A program made the translations under genes and the position numbers. Of a DNA stretch of 64,000 bases, positions 1 through 10,432 are shown piece after piece. The stretch is from Nostoc sp. DedSLP01 (GTDB taxonomy: Bacteria; Cyanobacteriota; Cyanobacteriia; Cyanobacteriales; Nostocaceae), in contig JAVRCJ020000018.1 in assembly GCA_034530875.2 (NCBI GenBank), positions 111,963 through 175,962 of the forward strand, in the 5' to 3' direction. The notes under the pieces were generated by a model that saw only the letters and a program-made list of their open reading frames with translations, was not told where the DNA came from and searched no databases. Position 1 is the first letter of the stretch, and the number at the start of each line of letters is the position of its first letter.

Positions 1-177
1 AAAGACAGATGCTTCTATAGCTGCCGTATCGATTGTAGATTGTGCCAAATCGTGACTGCGAACTGCTTGGTGTGCGGAATTTGGTGTGTATGTAAAAGCC
101 GGCGCAGAAATAGCGATCGCGCCACCAGTAACCACCAAAGTCCCTAAAATAAAGCTTTGGATTTTTGTGCGAATCAT
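1..177 (-). CDS. 5' part of an exported protein running off the window, possibly CAP/SCP domain
   Basis: Manual translation from the ATG at 177 gives MIRTKIQSFILGTLVVTGGAIAISAPAF...STIDTAAIEASVF, open to position 1. The N-terminus looks like a signal peptide. The last residues resemble the lead-in to cyanobacterial CAP domains. Confidence 0.6.
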   Translation of the reverse strand, partial: MIRTKIQSFILGTLVVTGGAIAISAPAFTYTPNSAHQAVRSHDLAQSTIDTAAIEASVF

Positions 178-688
178 TAATAGGGAGGGTCTTTAAGACC
201 TGGGAAAAAAACTTCCGTACATGGTAAGCAGACTCATCGTTATTAGCCAAATATGCTTTTGGGTAGCTTTTTTGTGTAAAATCTAACATTTTTGTGAAAA
301 ATAGCTAACTACCATTAAAATCGGCGAATTTTAAAATGTTTATTTTTTTAGGGAGAAATACTTAGGATACAGACAACTTCTGCCATCGCTAGCACTCTAT
401 AAATTCTAATATGAGTGAGTTTCAAGCTTTCATTGGCAGAGTTTTATTGTTAGCAAGCAATATTTCTAATTGTAAAGGTGTTGCAACATTGACTTACTAT
501 CTAGTTAAAATTTCTGAATATTTGTCCGGCTGCTTACTTAAGTAATTACGCAAAAGGTGTTTAAGCATACAGCCTGAGAGCCAAGACATAGCTGTTGGCA
601 AGAACTTTAATTCTCGAAGAATAACTGGCTAGTATCGGAAAGCGATCGCAGATATTAGTCCAATAAGCGATCGTTTGATTCAGCAGAT

Positions 689-791
689 TATAGAACGCAT
701 ATTTGATTTTTGCCAAGCCAGGCACACCTTTTCCCCGTTTACTGTTGCCTCTTGCTACGAGTAATTCTCTGAATCAAATCGGATTCCGATA
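689..791. mobile_element. Degenerate MITE-like element (TATAG..TTTGATT terminal-repeat family)
   Basis: Left end tatagaacgcatatttgatt and right end aatcaaatcggattccgata. Ends are similar to those of the elements at 13953-14065 and 47618-47775. Confidence 0.55.
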
Positions 792-1059
792 ATAACCAAC
801 AGCTCTGTGAAAAAATTGATAGAGTATCTTTAGAGTTTATCGGGTTTCAACAAACCCTCGTTTGAAATATCAGCAATTACCGCAAAATAGCTAAAGTTAA
901 ATTGTTTTGTTTAACTTTAATTTACATAAATCAGTAGCTCGACAAAACAAATTGTAAACAATTAATGATACTTCTTAACTTTAACAAAAGTAGAAATTAG
1001 CATTAATTAATAATCTATCAGCTTAATACTTACGTGTCTTTCACGAATAGAAACTAAAT

Positions 1060-4000
1060 ATGAATATTAGCATTGCAGGTTACAACATCATCGAACTGCT
1101 TTATGACGGTACTACTACCTGCGTTTATCGAGGCTTACGAGAATCAGACCAAAAATCTGTAATTATTAAAACTCTCAAATCTGAGTATCCGACGATAGAA
1201 CAAGTATCGAGATTGCGACACGAGTATAAAATACTCCAAAATTTAGAAATAGAAGGGATTGTCAAACCCTTATCTTTGGATAATTACCAAAATGGTCTAG
1301 CATTAATTTTGTCAGACTTTGCAGGAGAAACTCTAAAAAACTTTATTATTAACAATAATTTACCATTAAACATTTTTTTAGATATTGCTATTCAATTAGC
1401 TTCTACCCTTGCTCAGTTACACCAAGCTAATATTATCCACAAAGATATTAAACCCCACAATATTTTAATTAACCCAGATACAGGCAAAGTAAAAATTATT
1501 GATTTTAGTATTTCATCATGCCTATCTCAAGAAAACTTAAATGCGAGTAATTCTAATTTGCTAGAAGGTACCCTCGCCTATATGTCTCCAGAACAGACAG
1601 GAAGGATGAATCGTTCAATTGATTACCGCAGTGATTTTTACTCCTTAGGCGTTACTTTCTATGAAATGTTAACGGGACATCTACCTTTTCAAGCTCATGA
1701 CTCATTAGAACTAGTTCATTATCACATTGCCAAAATTCCTATACCGCCTCAAGAAATTAACTCAGAAATTCCTTCAGTAGTTTCGGATATTGTGATGAAA
1801 TTATTAGCCAAAACTGCTGAAGATAGATATCAAAATGCTTTGGGTTTAAAAGCCGACTTAGAACAATGCCTGCGACAACTACAAACAACTGGAAAAATTC
1901 AAAATTTTATCGTCGGTCAGCTTGATTTATATAGCCAATTTGTCATTCCCCAAAAACTTTATGGCCGCGAGAAAGAAGTCGCCATTCTCATGAATGCCTT
2001 TGAGCGAGTAGCAAACCCCCCTATGTCCCCCCTTGCTAAGGGGGGATTAAGGGGGGTAGAGATGATGTTAGTAAGTGGGTACTCTGGTATCGGAAAATCC
2101 TGCTTAGTTAATGAAGTTCATAAACCCATAGTCCGCCAACGAGGTTATTTTATTTCCGGTAAATTTGACCAATTTAAACGCAATATTCCATATACTTCTT
2201 TAATTCAAGCTTTTCAAGAATTGATTCGGCAGTTATTAACAGAAAGCAGCGAACAAATAACAATTTGGCAAGCAAAACTTTTAGCTGCTTTGGGTAACAA
2301 TGCTCAAGTTATTATTGATGTTATTCCCGAAGTAGAAAGAATTACCGGGTCTCAACCAGATGTTCCCCAATTAGGGCCTACTGAATCACAAAACCGATTT
2401 AATCGGCTGTTTAAGCAATTTATTCATGTATTTTGTCAGGCAGAACATCCATTGGTAGTATTTTTAGATGACTTACAGTGGGCAGATTCAGCCTCATTAA
2501 AATTAATTCAGTTGCTTGCTGGGGATGCAGATAGCCAATATTTATTACTAATTGGTGCATATCGAGATAACGAAGTCAATGCCACTCATCCTTTGATATT
2601 AACTTTAGAGGAAATTCAAAAATCTGGTGCAGTTGTCAACAATATTGTACTCCAGCCATTGCGAATTTCTCATGTTAACCAATTAGCGAGCGATACCCTG
2701 CATACCAGCTTAGAAAAGTCAGAGCCACTAGCCGATTTAGTTTATAACAAAACTCAAGGTAATCCTTTTTTCTTAACTCAGCTACTTAAATCTCTTTATC
2801 AAGAAAGATTGTTATTATTTAATTTCAACGAGCATTACTGGCAGTGGGACATTCATCGTTTAGAAAATATTGATATCACCGATAATGTGGTTGAATTAAT
2901 GGTCAGCCAGATTCAAAAGCTATTGCCGACTACACAGAATGTTTTAAAGTTAGCTGCTTGTATTGGGGACAAATTTACTTTAGATATTCTCAGTATTGTT
3001 AATCAAAAATCTTTATCTGAAACTGCCAAAGATTTATGGGAGTCTTTACAGGCAGGATTAGTTCTTCCGTTAAATCAGTCTTATAAAATTCCCCTGGTAT
3101 TTGATTCAGCGAATATAACGAATGTACCGGAAAATGGTCAGTCAAAGATTATCTACAAATTTTTGCATGACCGAGTGCAACAAGCCGCTTATACTTTGAT
3201 TCTCCCAGAAGATAAAAAGCAAACTCACCTAAAAATTGGCGAACTATTACTCAAGCATACTCCTGAAGCCGAACTCGAAGAAAATATATTTGAAATTGTT
3301 AACCAGTTAAATGTCGGGGCCCAATTAATTAGCCAGCAATCTCAAAAAGATGAACTCGCACAACTTAATTTAATTGCTGGTAAGAAAGCTAAAGCCGCCA
3401 CAGCTTATGAAACTGCCGTTCGGTATTTATCCACAGGGCTAGAACTTCTGTCTGATGATAGCTGGGATCGTAAATATAATTTGACATTAGATTTGTATGT
3501 GGAAGCAACAGGAGCCGAGTATTTAAATCTCAATGTCGAACGAGCAACAAATCTGGCGGAAGTAGTTCTTAAACAGGCGAAAAGTCTGCTAGATAAAGTC
3601 AAAATTTATGAACTACAAATGCTGTTTTATATCCAGAGAAACCAGATGAAAACTGCCTTGGAAACTGGGCTAAAAGTTCTGGATATGATGGGTGTAACTC
3701 TGGCAACTGTTCCGCCTGAAAAGATGGATGTAGAGGAGTTGGCGAACCGACCAGAAATGACTAATGCAGAGCATTTAGCAATCATGCGGATTTTGGTTAG
3801 CTGTGCGGCTCCCGCTTATGCAACTACGCCAGAAGTATTTCCGAGTATTGCTTTTACGCTTGTTAACCAAAGCGTCGAACGTGGTAATACATCACTCTCA
3901 GCATTTGGATATGCTCTTTATGGTTTAATTCTCTGCGCCTTGTTAGGAGATATTGAAACAGGATATCGTTATGGCAAACTCGGTTTAAAGTTGTTAGAGC

Positions 4001-7000
4001 AATTTAATGCCAAACAATTAAAAGCGGCTGTTCACAATATAGTTCACGGTCATATTCTCCATTGGAAAGAACATGCTAGAGTCTGTATCGATCCTTTGTT
4101 GGATGGCGTGCAGACAGGGTTAGAATTTGGCGATTTAGAATGGTCTGGTTACGATTTTTTCTATGCTTGCGACCAGATGTTTTTTATTGGTCAGCCGCTA
4201 GAAGCAGTTGCACAGAAGCAAGCCCAACATCTTGATTCTGTTATCAAACTCAAACTCGATTTTCCTAGTTTTTACCTCAAGAGTTGGCGAATTACAGTCT
4301 TAAAATTACTCGACGCACCAGAGGAAGAATATCATTGTCATGGCGAAATTCTCGATGCTGATACGCTGTTAACAAAAATAATTAAAGTCGAGAACAATAT
4401 GTTATTGTTTGCGGCTTATTTTTCCAGGGTTGTTCTCTATTATTTTACTAAAGATTACGAGCGATCGCTCCACTATACGACTTTATCAGAAAAACATTTA
4501 GGAGGAGTCAACGGTATTAGTCTCAATGGCACTTATAGGTTATATTATTCTCTTGCTTTGTTAGCTCAATATCCCCATGTTTCCAAGGAAGAACAATCAC
4601 AAATTATCGAAAAAGTTACCGAAAATCAACAGAAATTACAAGAATGGGCAATTCATGCTCCGATGAACTTTCAGCACAAATACGATTTAGTGGAAGCAGA
4701 AAAAGCGCGAGTTTTGGGGCAAAGTTTAGTAGCAATGGATCTGTACGATCGCGCCATCTCTAACGCCAAAGAACAAGGATTTCTCCATGAAGAAGCAGTA
4801 GCCTCAGAATTAGCAGCTGAGTTTTATTTTGCGCGTGGTAGGGAGAACGTTGCTAGAGATTATTTAACCCAATCTTACTATGCTTACGCTCAGTGGGGAG
4901 CAAACCTCAAACTGAAAGCTTTTGAGGCCAAATATCCACATATTTTCTCCCGCACGCTGAAGCGAAAAACTAAAAGTTTGGAGGTCAATCAGACAATTAG
5001 CTCTACAACGACCGGTAGTCCTGGGGTTTTAGATTTAGCCGCAGTTATGAAAGCATCGCAAGCACTTTCTGGAGAAATTGTCCTGGATAAATTGCTGACT
5101 AATTTGATGCAAATTTTAATTGAAAATGCAGGTGCCCAAAAGGGATTTTTAATTTTAGAAACAGCAGAAAAATTACAAATAGCAGCTTCAGGAAGTATAG
5201 ATAAACATGAAATTAATATCGAGCGATCGCTTCCTGTAGAAACTAGTCAGCAGCTACCAATTTCTATTATCAACTACGTCCAGAGAACCCAGAAAGATGT
5301 TGTTCTCAATGATGCTAACAATGAAAATGTATTTAACCTCGATAACTATATCCTCACCCAAAAGCCTAAATCTATTTTATGTACGCCAATCGTCAATCAA
5401 GGAAAGCTGATTGCTATTCTTTATTTAGAAAATAATTTAACAACTGGGGCATTTACACCAGAACGTTTGGAAGTGTTAAAACTTTTATCATCGCAAGCGG
5501 CAATCTCAATTGAAAATGCGCGTCTTTATCACGATTTAGAAGAGTATAATAGAACGCTGGAAGTCAGAGTCAAAGAACGAACTCTAGAATTACAAGCTAA
5601 AAATTTGCAACTGCAACAAGAAATTTGCGATCGCCAAAAAGCAGAAGAAGTCGCAGCGGCCGCCAACCGCGCCAAAAGCGAGTTTTTAGCTAGTATGAGT
5701 CACGAACTCCGCACGCCGCTTAATGGGATTTTAGGCTATGCTCAAATTTTTAAGAAAAATCAAAACTTAACAACTCAGCAACAGAATGGTGTAAACATCA
5801 TTCATCAATGCGGCGAACATCTATTAACGCTAATTAATGATATTTTAGATATCTCTAAAATTGAAGCTCGCAAATTAGAATTATATCCCACAGAATTTTA
5901 CTTTCCAGATTTTATTGAAGGTATTGTACAAATCTGCCGTATCCGTAGCGAACAAAAAGGAATTGCTTTAATTTATCAGCAACTTTCTGGGCTACCTAAA
6001 GTTGTGAAAGCGGATGAAAAACGTTTGCGCCAGGTTTTAATTAATCTACTGAGTAATGCTGTCAAATTTACAGAAAAAGGTACTGTAACTTTTCAGGTAG
6101 GATATCATGAGGGAAAATTAAGGTTTCAAGTAGAAGATACTGGAATCGGTATTGCCGAAGAACAATTAGAAGAAATATTTTTGCCATTTAAGCAAGTAGG
6201 CGAAGATAGCCGCAAGACTGAAGGCACAGGATTAGGTTTGGCAATTAGCCGTCAATTAGTTGAAATGATGGGCGGTGAAATTAAGGTGAAAAGTACCTTA
6301 GGTAAAGGTAGTATTTTCTGGATAGATTTAGTTTTACCCGAAGTTTTATCACCAATTAGCGTGAATAAATTTGACGAACGTAACATTATTAGTTTTATAG
6401 GCGACAAAAAGAAAGTTTTAGTAGTAGATGATAAATGGCAAAATCGTTCTGTTTTAGTAAATTTATTAGAGCCTTTAGGTTTTGAAGTTTTAGAAGCCAC
6501 AGATGGTTTAGACTGTCTCAAAAAAGCACCAGAGTTTAAGCCAGATGTGATTTTTATGGACTTAGTTATGAGTGTGATGGATGGTTTTGAAGCCACCCGT
6601 CGTTTGAGAATGTTACCAGAGTTAAAGGAAGCAGTAGTAATTGCTATATCAGCCAGCGTTTTTGATTTTGATAAAGAACAGAGTCGAGAAGTAGGTTGTG
6701 ATGATTTTCTTCCCAAGCCGTTCCGAGTTGAGGAACTTTTAGAAAAGTTAAGAGTTTACTTGGGATTGGAATGGGTATATGAAGAAATAAAAAACGATCT
6801 TACAAAGCCAGAAGATGTTAAATTAAAATCAAAAATTCAAAATCAAGATTTGATTGCTCCTCCAGCAGAGGAAATGGCAATTTTACTCGACTTAGCAATC
6901 AGGGGTAACCTAAGGAGTATTGCACAAAGAGCAGCAAAACTAGAAGAGTTGGATGAAAAGTGGTTGCCGTTTGCTACTCATTTACGCCAACTGGCTAAAG

Positions 7001-7056
7001 AATTTAAATGCAAACAAATCGTAAGTTTCATTAAAGAATATTCACAGTCAAGATGA
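1060..7056 (+). CDS. Multidomain Ser/Thr kinase - AAA ATPase - GAF - His kinase - receiver (HstK-like dual kinase)
   Basis: Kinase motifs HKDIKPHN, IIDFS and YMSPEQTGR; Walker A GYSGIGKS and Walker B LDDLQW; GAF segment YLENN; H-box SHELRTPL; N-box NLLSNAVKF; G-boxes DTGIG and GTGLGL; receiver FMDLVM. Confidence 0.95.
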   Translation: MNISIAGYNIIELLYDGTTTCVYRGLRESDQKSVIIKTLKSEYPTIEQVSRLRHEYKILQNLEIEGIVKPLSLDNYQNGLALILSDFAGETLKNFIINNNLPLNIFLDIAIQLASTLAQLHQANIIHKDIKPHNILINPDTGKVKIIDFSISSCLSQENLNASNSNLLEGTLAYMSPEQTGRMNRSIDYRSDFYSLGVTFYEMLTGHLPFQAHDSLELVHYHIAKIPIPPQEINSEIPSVVSDIVMKLLAKTAEDRYQNALGLKADLEQCLRQLQTTGKIQNFIVGQLDLYSQFVIPQKLYGREKEVAILMNAFERVANPPMSPLAKGGLRGVEMMLVSGYSGIGKSCLVNEVHKPIVRQRGYFISGKFDQFKRNIPYTSLIQAFQELIRQLLTESSEQITIWQAKLLAALGNNAQVIIDVIPEVERITGSQPDVPQLGPTESQNRFNRLFKQFIHVFCQAEHPLVVFLDDLQWADSASLKLIQLLAGDADSQYLLLIGAYRDNEVNATHPLILTLEEIQKSGAVVNNIVLQPLRISHVNQLASDTLHTSLEKSEPLADLVYNKTQGNPFFLTQLLKSLYQERLLLFNFNEHYWQWDIHRLENIDITDNVVELMVSQIQKLLPTTQNVLKLAACIGDKFTLDILSIVNQKSLSETAKDLWESLQAGLVLPLNQSYKIPLVFDSANITNVPENGQSKIIYKFLHDRVQQAAYTLILPEDKKQTHLKIGELLLKHTPEAELEENIFEIVNQLNVGAQLISQQSQKDELAQLNLIAGKKAKAATAYETAVRYLSTGLELLSDDSWDRKYNLTLDLYVEATGAEYLNLNVERATNLAEVVLKQAKSLLDKVKIYELQMLFYIQRNQMKTALETGLKVLDMMGVTLATVPPEKMDVEELANRPEMTNAEHLAIMRILVSCAAPAYATTPEVFPSIAFTLVNQSVERGNTSLSAFGYALYGLILCALLGDIETGYRYGKLGLKLLEQFNAKQLKAAVHNIVHGHILHWKEHARVCIDPLLDGVQTGLEFGDLEWSGYDFFYACDQMFFIGQPLEAVAQKQAQHLDSVIKLKLDFPSFYLKSWRITVLKLLDAPEEEYHCHGEILDADTLLTKIIKVENNMLLFAAYFSRVVLYYFTKDYERSLHYTTLSEKHLGGVNGISLNGTYRLYYSLALLAQYPHVSKEEQSQIIEKVTENQQKLQEWAIHAPMNFQHKYDLVEAEKARVLGQSLVAMDLYDRAISNAKEQGFLHEEAVASELAAEFYFARGRENVARDYLTQSYYAYAQWGANLKLKAFEAKYPHIFSRTLKRKTKSLEVNQTISSTTTGSPGVLDLAAVMKASQALSGEIVLDKLLTNLMQILIENAGAQKGFLILETAEKLQIAASGSIDKHEINIERSLPVETSQQLPISIINYVQRTQKDVVLNDANNENVFNLDNYILTQKPKSILCTPIVNQGKLIAILYLENNLTTGAFTPERLEVLKLLSSQAAISIENARLYHDLEEYNRTLEVRVKERTLELQAKNLQLQQEICDRQKAEEVAAAANRAKSEFLASMSHELRTPLNGILGYAQIFKKNQNLTTQQQNGVNIIHQCGEHLLTLINDILDISKIEARKLELYPTEFYFPDFIEGIVQICRIRSEQKGIALIYQQLSGLPKVVKADEKRLRQVLINLLSNAVKFTEKGTVTFQVGYHEGKLRFQVEDTGIGIAEEQLEEIFLPFKQVGEDSRKTEGTGLGLAISRQLVEMMGGEIKVKSTLGKGSIFWIDLVLPEVLSPISVNKFDERNIISFIGDKKKVLVVDDKWQNRSVLVNLLEPLGFEVLEATDGLDCLKKAPEFKPDVIFMDLVMSVMDGFEATRRLRMLPELKEAVVIAISASVFDFDKEQSREVGCDDFLPKPFRVEELLEKLRVYLGLEWVYEEIKNDLTKPEDVKLKSKIQNQDLIAPPAEEMAILLDLAIRGNLRSIAQRAAKLEELDEKWLPFATHLRQLAKEFKCKQIVSFIKEYSQSR
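2015..2057. repeat. C/G-run palindromic repeat lying in frame inside the kinase gene
   Basis: acccccct-atg-tcccccctt-gct-aagggggga-tta-aggggggt. Encodes NPPMSPLAKGGLRG. Same type as 42720-42792. Confidence 0.8.
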
Positions 7057-7370
7057 ATACAGTTAACAACTTAGAAGGGAAAAGGGAAATGCTCCTAATT
7101 AAAATTAAGAGATTTATCTAAGTACATATTTCTTTTGTGACTATAATGTATCGAAAAAAATGTTTTCACTTGTGTTAATAAATAATGGTGCTACTGGCCT
7201 ACAATTGGCACAAAATTCGATGCAATTGCCTGTTGACCTTTCCCTGCCCTAAATCTAGATTTCTAGAGTTTTCGTAGCTTATTTCTATTTATTCCCTGCT
7301 ACTTAATTTAGTAGTCAACTGTATAAATTATTTTCCTTTTTACTCTCGGTGTGATTTTAAAAGAGGTTTT

Positions 7371-9371
7371 ATGGATCCTGATTTTAATGATAAAGGCGTT
7401 ATCTTAATTGTCGATGACAACCCGGCAAATTTAGAAATGTTGCTGGAGTTCTTAGCTGATGCAGGATTTACTGTTTTGGTTGCGGAAGATGGCGAAAGCG
7501 CGATCGCTGGATGCGAATATGCCCCACCAGACATGATTCTGTTAGACATATTAATGCCAGTAATCGACGGTTTTGAAACTTGCCAGCGTTTGAAAGCGAA
7601 TCCTTTAACACAGGATATTCCAATTATTTTCATGACCGCACTCACGGAAAGCGTCGATAAAGTCAAAGGCTTGAGTTTGGGAGCAGTGGATTATATTACT
7701 AAACCGCTACAGCACGAAGAAGTTTTAGCGCGGATTGAACTTCATTTAAAGCTGCGTAACTTAACCAAGACACTACAAGAGCAAAATCAGCGTTTAGAGA
7801 AGGAAATTGCTGAGCGCAAGCAAGCGGAACAAAAAATCCGCGAACAAGCTGCTTTGCTAGATATCACTACAGATGCAATTCTCGTTAGAGATTTCAACAA
7901 TCAAATCAGCTTTTGGAACCGAGGGGCTGAAAATTTATACGGATGGCAAGCAACAGAAGTAATTAGTAAAGATGCTAATCAAATTTTGTATCGGCCGGAT
8001 TTTTTACCACAACTACAAAATGTCCAAAAAAGTCTTACTGAGTATGGCTATTGGCAAGGTGAGTTAGAGCAAGTTACCAGAGAAGGTAAAAAAATTATTG
8101 TTGCTAGTCGCTGGACTTTAATGGGCGATCGAGATGGACAACCTAAATCGATTCTGACAGTTAACACTGATATTACAGAAAGAAAACAACTTGAAACTCA
8201 ATTTCTCCGCACTCAGCGTTTAGAAAGTTTGGGTACCCTTGCTGGCGGCATTGCCCATGACTTAAACAATATACTGACACCAATTTTATCAGCCGCACAA
8301 TTACTACAACTAAAACATCCTGATTCTGATGAATGGAGTCAGCAAATGTTTAAAATGATAGAAACGAACACTAAACGGGGAGCAGCTTTAGTTAAGCAAG
8401 TGCTACAGTTTGCCCGCGGAGTTGATGGGAAGCGAACAATTGTTTTAATTAACAATTTGTTCTCAGAAATTGAACAGATTGTGCATGGCACATTTCCCAA
8501 ATCCATAGAATTTTCTCTTAATATTCAGCCAGACCTTTGGGCTGTAATTGGAGATGGCACGCATTTGCATCAAGTAATGATGAATCTGATAGTCAATGCT
8601 CGTGATGCCATGCCCAATGGTGGTACTCTCAGTATTTCTGCAAAAAATTTGTTAATTGACGAACAATATGTGCGGATGAATTTAGAGGCTAATGTCGGCC
8701 CCTACATTGTCATCACTGTTGCGGATACAGGAATTGGAATGTCGCCAGAAATCTTAGATAGAATATTTGAACCGTTTTTCACTACTAAAGAGATTGGTAA
8801 AGGTACGGGTTTGGGTCTTTCAACAGTGAGAGGAATCGTCAAAAGTCACGATGGTTTTATTAACGTGCATAGCGAAATTGGTAAAGGAACTGAATTTAAA
8901 TTGTTCTTACCAGCGATAAAGACAATGGCAACATCACTAACCGAAAATCTCGATTTCCCATTTGGAAATCAAGAATTAATTTTAGTTGTAGATGATGAAG
9001 CGAAAATTCTCGAAACGACTCAAAATTCATTAGAAAGCTATAACTACAAAGTAGTAACTGCCAAAGATGGTATTGAAGCGATCGCACTTTATGCCCGCTA
9101 CCAAGATAAAATCAGCGTAGTTTTGGTAGATATGATGATGCCGTTAATGGATGGCACAATTACCATTCGCACATTGCAAAAAATGAATCCATCAGTCAAG
9201 ATTATTGCTGTTAGCGGTATACTGGGCAGCAATAAAATTACCAAAAATGCGACTGTCAACAAATTTATTTCTAAGCCCTATACAACTCAAGAATTATTGC
9301 AAACTTTACACGAGGTTATTTGCCAAGAACCAACAAATGTTACTCCCAGTTTCACCAATCAGGTTATTTAA
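7371..9371 (+). CDS. Hybrid sensor histidine kinase (REC-PAS-HisKA-HATPase-REC)
   Basis: N-terminal receiver [34 protein letters not shown]-box [17 protein letters not shown]-terminal receiver LVDMMMP. Confidence 0.95.
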   Translation: MDPDFNDKGVILIVDDNPANLEMLLEFLADAGFTVLVAEDGESAIAGCEYAPPDMILLDILMPVIDGFETCQRLKANPLTQDIPIIFMTALTESVDKVKGLSLGAVDYITKPLQHEEVLARIELHLKLRNLTKTLQEQNQRLEKEIAERKQAEQKIREQAALLDITTDAILVRDFNNQISFWNRGAENLYGWQATEVISKDANQILYRPDFLPQLQNVQKSLTEYGYWQGELEQVTREGKKIIVASRWTLMGDRDGQPKSILTVNTDITERKQLETQFLRTQRLESLGTLAGGIAHDLNNILTPILSAAQLLQLKHPDSDEWSQQMFKMIETNTKRGAALVKQVLQFARGVDGKRTIVLINNLFSEIEQIVHGTFPKSIEFSLNIQPDLWAVIGDGTHLHQVMMNLIVNARDAMPNGGTLSISAKNLLIDEQYVRMNLEANVGPYIVITVADTGIGMSPEILDRIFEPFFTTKEIGKGTGLGLSTVRGIVKSHDGFINVHSEIGKGTEFKLFLPAIKTMATSLTENLDFPFGNQELILVVDDEAKILETTQNSLESYNYKVVTAKDGIEAIALYARYQDKISVVLVDMMMPLMDGTITIRTLQKMNPSVKIIAVSGILGSNKITKNATVNKFISKPYTTQELLQTLHEVICQEPTNVTPSFTNQVI

Positions 9372-9378
9372 ATTGAGT

Positions 9379-9506
9379 TGGAGTGTGGGGAGTGTGGGGA
9401 GTGTGGGGAGATGGGGAGTGTGGGGAGTGTGGGGAGTGTGGGGAGATGGGGAGTGTGGGGAGAAAGAGAATTTATGCCCCCCTCTCTTCCCACACCTCCC
9501 ACACCC
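9379..9506. repeat. Tandem GGGAGTGTG repeats followed by inverted CCCACAC copies
   Basis: Visible directly. Shares ggggagtgtggggagaaagagaatttatgc with 46125-46228. Confidence 0.9.
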
Positions 9507-9535
9507 CTGGATTTATCACAAGTGATAAATCCAGG
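9506..9535. terminator. Perfect 14-bp inverted repeat between convergent genes
   Basis: CCTGGATTTATCAC-AA-GTGATAAATCCAGG, immediately past the stop of the minus-strand phosphatase gene. A terminator role is inferred. Confidence 0.5.
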
Positions 9536-9536
9536 A

Positions 9537-10175
9537 TTATGTTCCCGCACGAGAGCGAAGATCGTCTGGTATATGATGGCGATCGCCTAATATTTCTAAC
9601 AAAGGGCCATTAACGTCAAATTTCACCATACTTACCGACGCGACCAAAATATTCACCCGGTAGCGATAGCGCCCTAAATCAATTCCCAGCAAACTGCAAA
9701 GCATAATCCGAATTGTGGCTTTATGGGAAACTACTAGAACATTACCTTGGGGATGTTTTTCTTGAATTTCAGCAATTACAGGCATAGAACGGTTAACAAT
9801 ATCCACCGCAGTTTCTCCACCTAGCGGTGCATTCCAGGCTGGTTCTGTCAACCATTTTACATAGTTTTCTGGGTAATTCTCTTGAACAAACGATTTACTC
9901 TTAGTTTCCCATTCGCCGTAACTACCTTCTCTAAGTCCGTCACGCAACTGCATATCCATGCCGATAGCATCACAAAATGGCTTAGCAGTTGCAATTGTGC
10001 GCTTCATCGGGCTAACATAAACTGCTTCCCACTTTAATTTTCGATAAACATCGGCAAAACTCTCTGCCATCTGTATCCCTTCAGAAGTCAACTGCGCATC
10101 AGTTTCACCGCAGAAATTACCACTCTGGCTAAAAGTAGTTTCTCCATGTCGCAGTAAATATAAATTTAGTGTCAT
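9537..10175 (-). CDS. Histidine phosphatase (phosphoglycerate mutase family) protein
   Basis: LLRHGET, SPMKR and VVSH motifs. Start placed at ATG 10175 (MTLNLYLLRHG). Confidence 0.9.
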   Translation of the reverse strand: MTLNLYLLRHGETTFSQSGNFCGETDAQLTSEGIQMAESFADVYRKLKWEAVYVSPMKRTIATAKPFCDAIGMDMQLRDGLREGSYGEWETKSKSFVQENYPENYVKWLTEPAWNAPLGGETAVDIVNRSMPVIAEIQEKHPQGNVLVVSHKATIRIMLCSLLGIDLGRYRYRVNILVASVSMVKFDVNGPLLEILGDRHHIPDDLRSRAGT

Positions 10176-10432
10176 AGCTTGTATTGCGATTGGGATAAAG
10201 GAGTTTGTGCAAACATAAAGTAACATCAATTTTGCAATCGAGTATGTGACACCAGGACAAAGTAATCAGCCAAAAAAGTCAATTAAACACAAATTGATGC
10301 ATTATCCTTCTGCGATCGCCAATTATTACCATCTTGGAGTTATAAATTATTTTTGATAAATCTAGCTATTGCTAGATGTTGTTATTTTGCTAAAAGCTAT
10401 AATCTACATCTGTTGCACCGAGAGATTCACTT

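Noticed and set aside
9205..9613. Four overlapping short ORFs (GVWGVW / ECGECG / PTLPTL)
   Set aside because: They are translations of the nonamer repeat. The same artefact occurs at 46039-46267.
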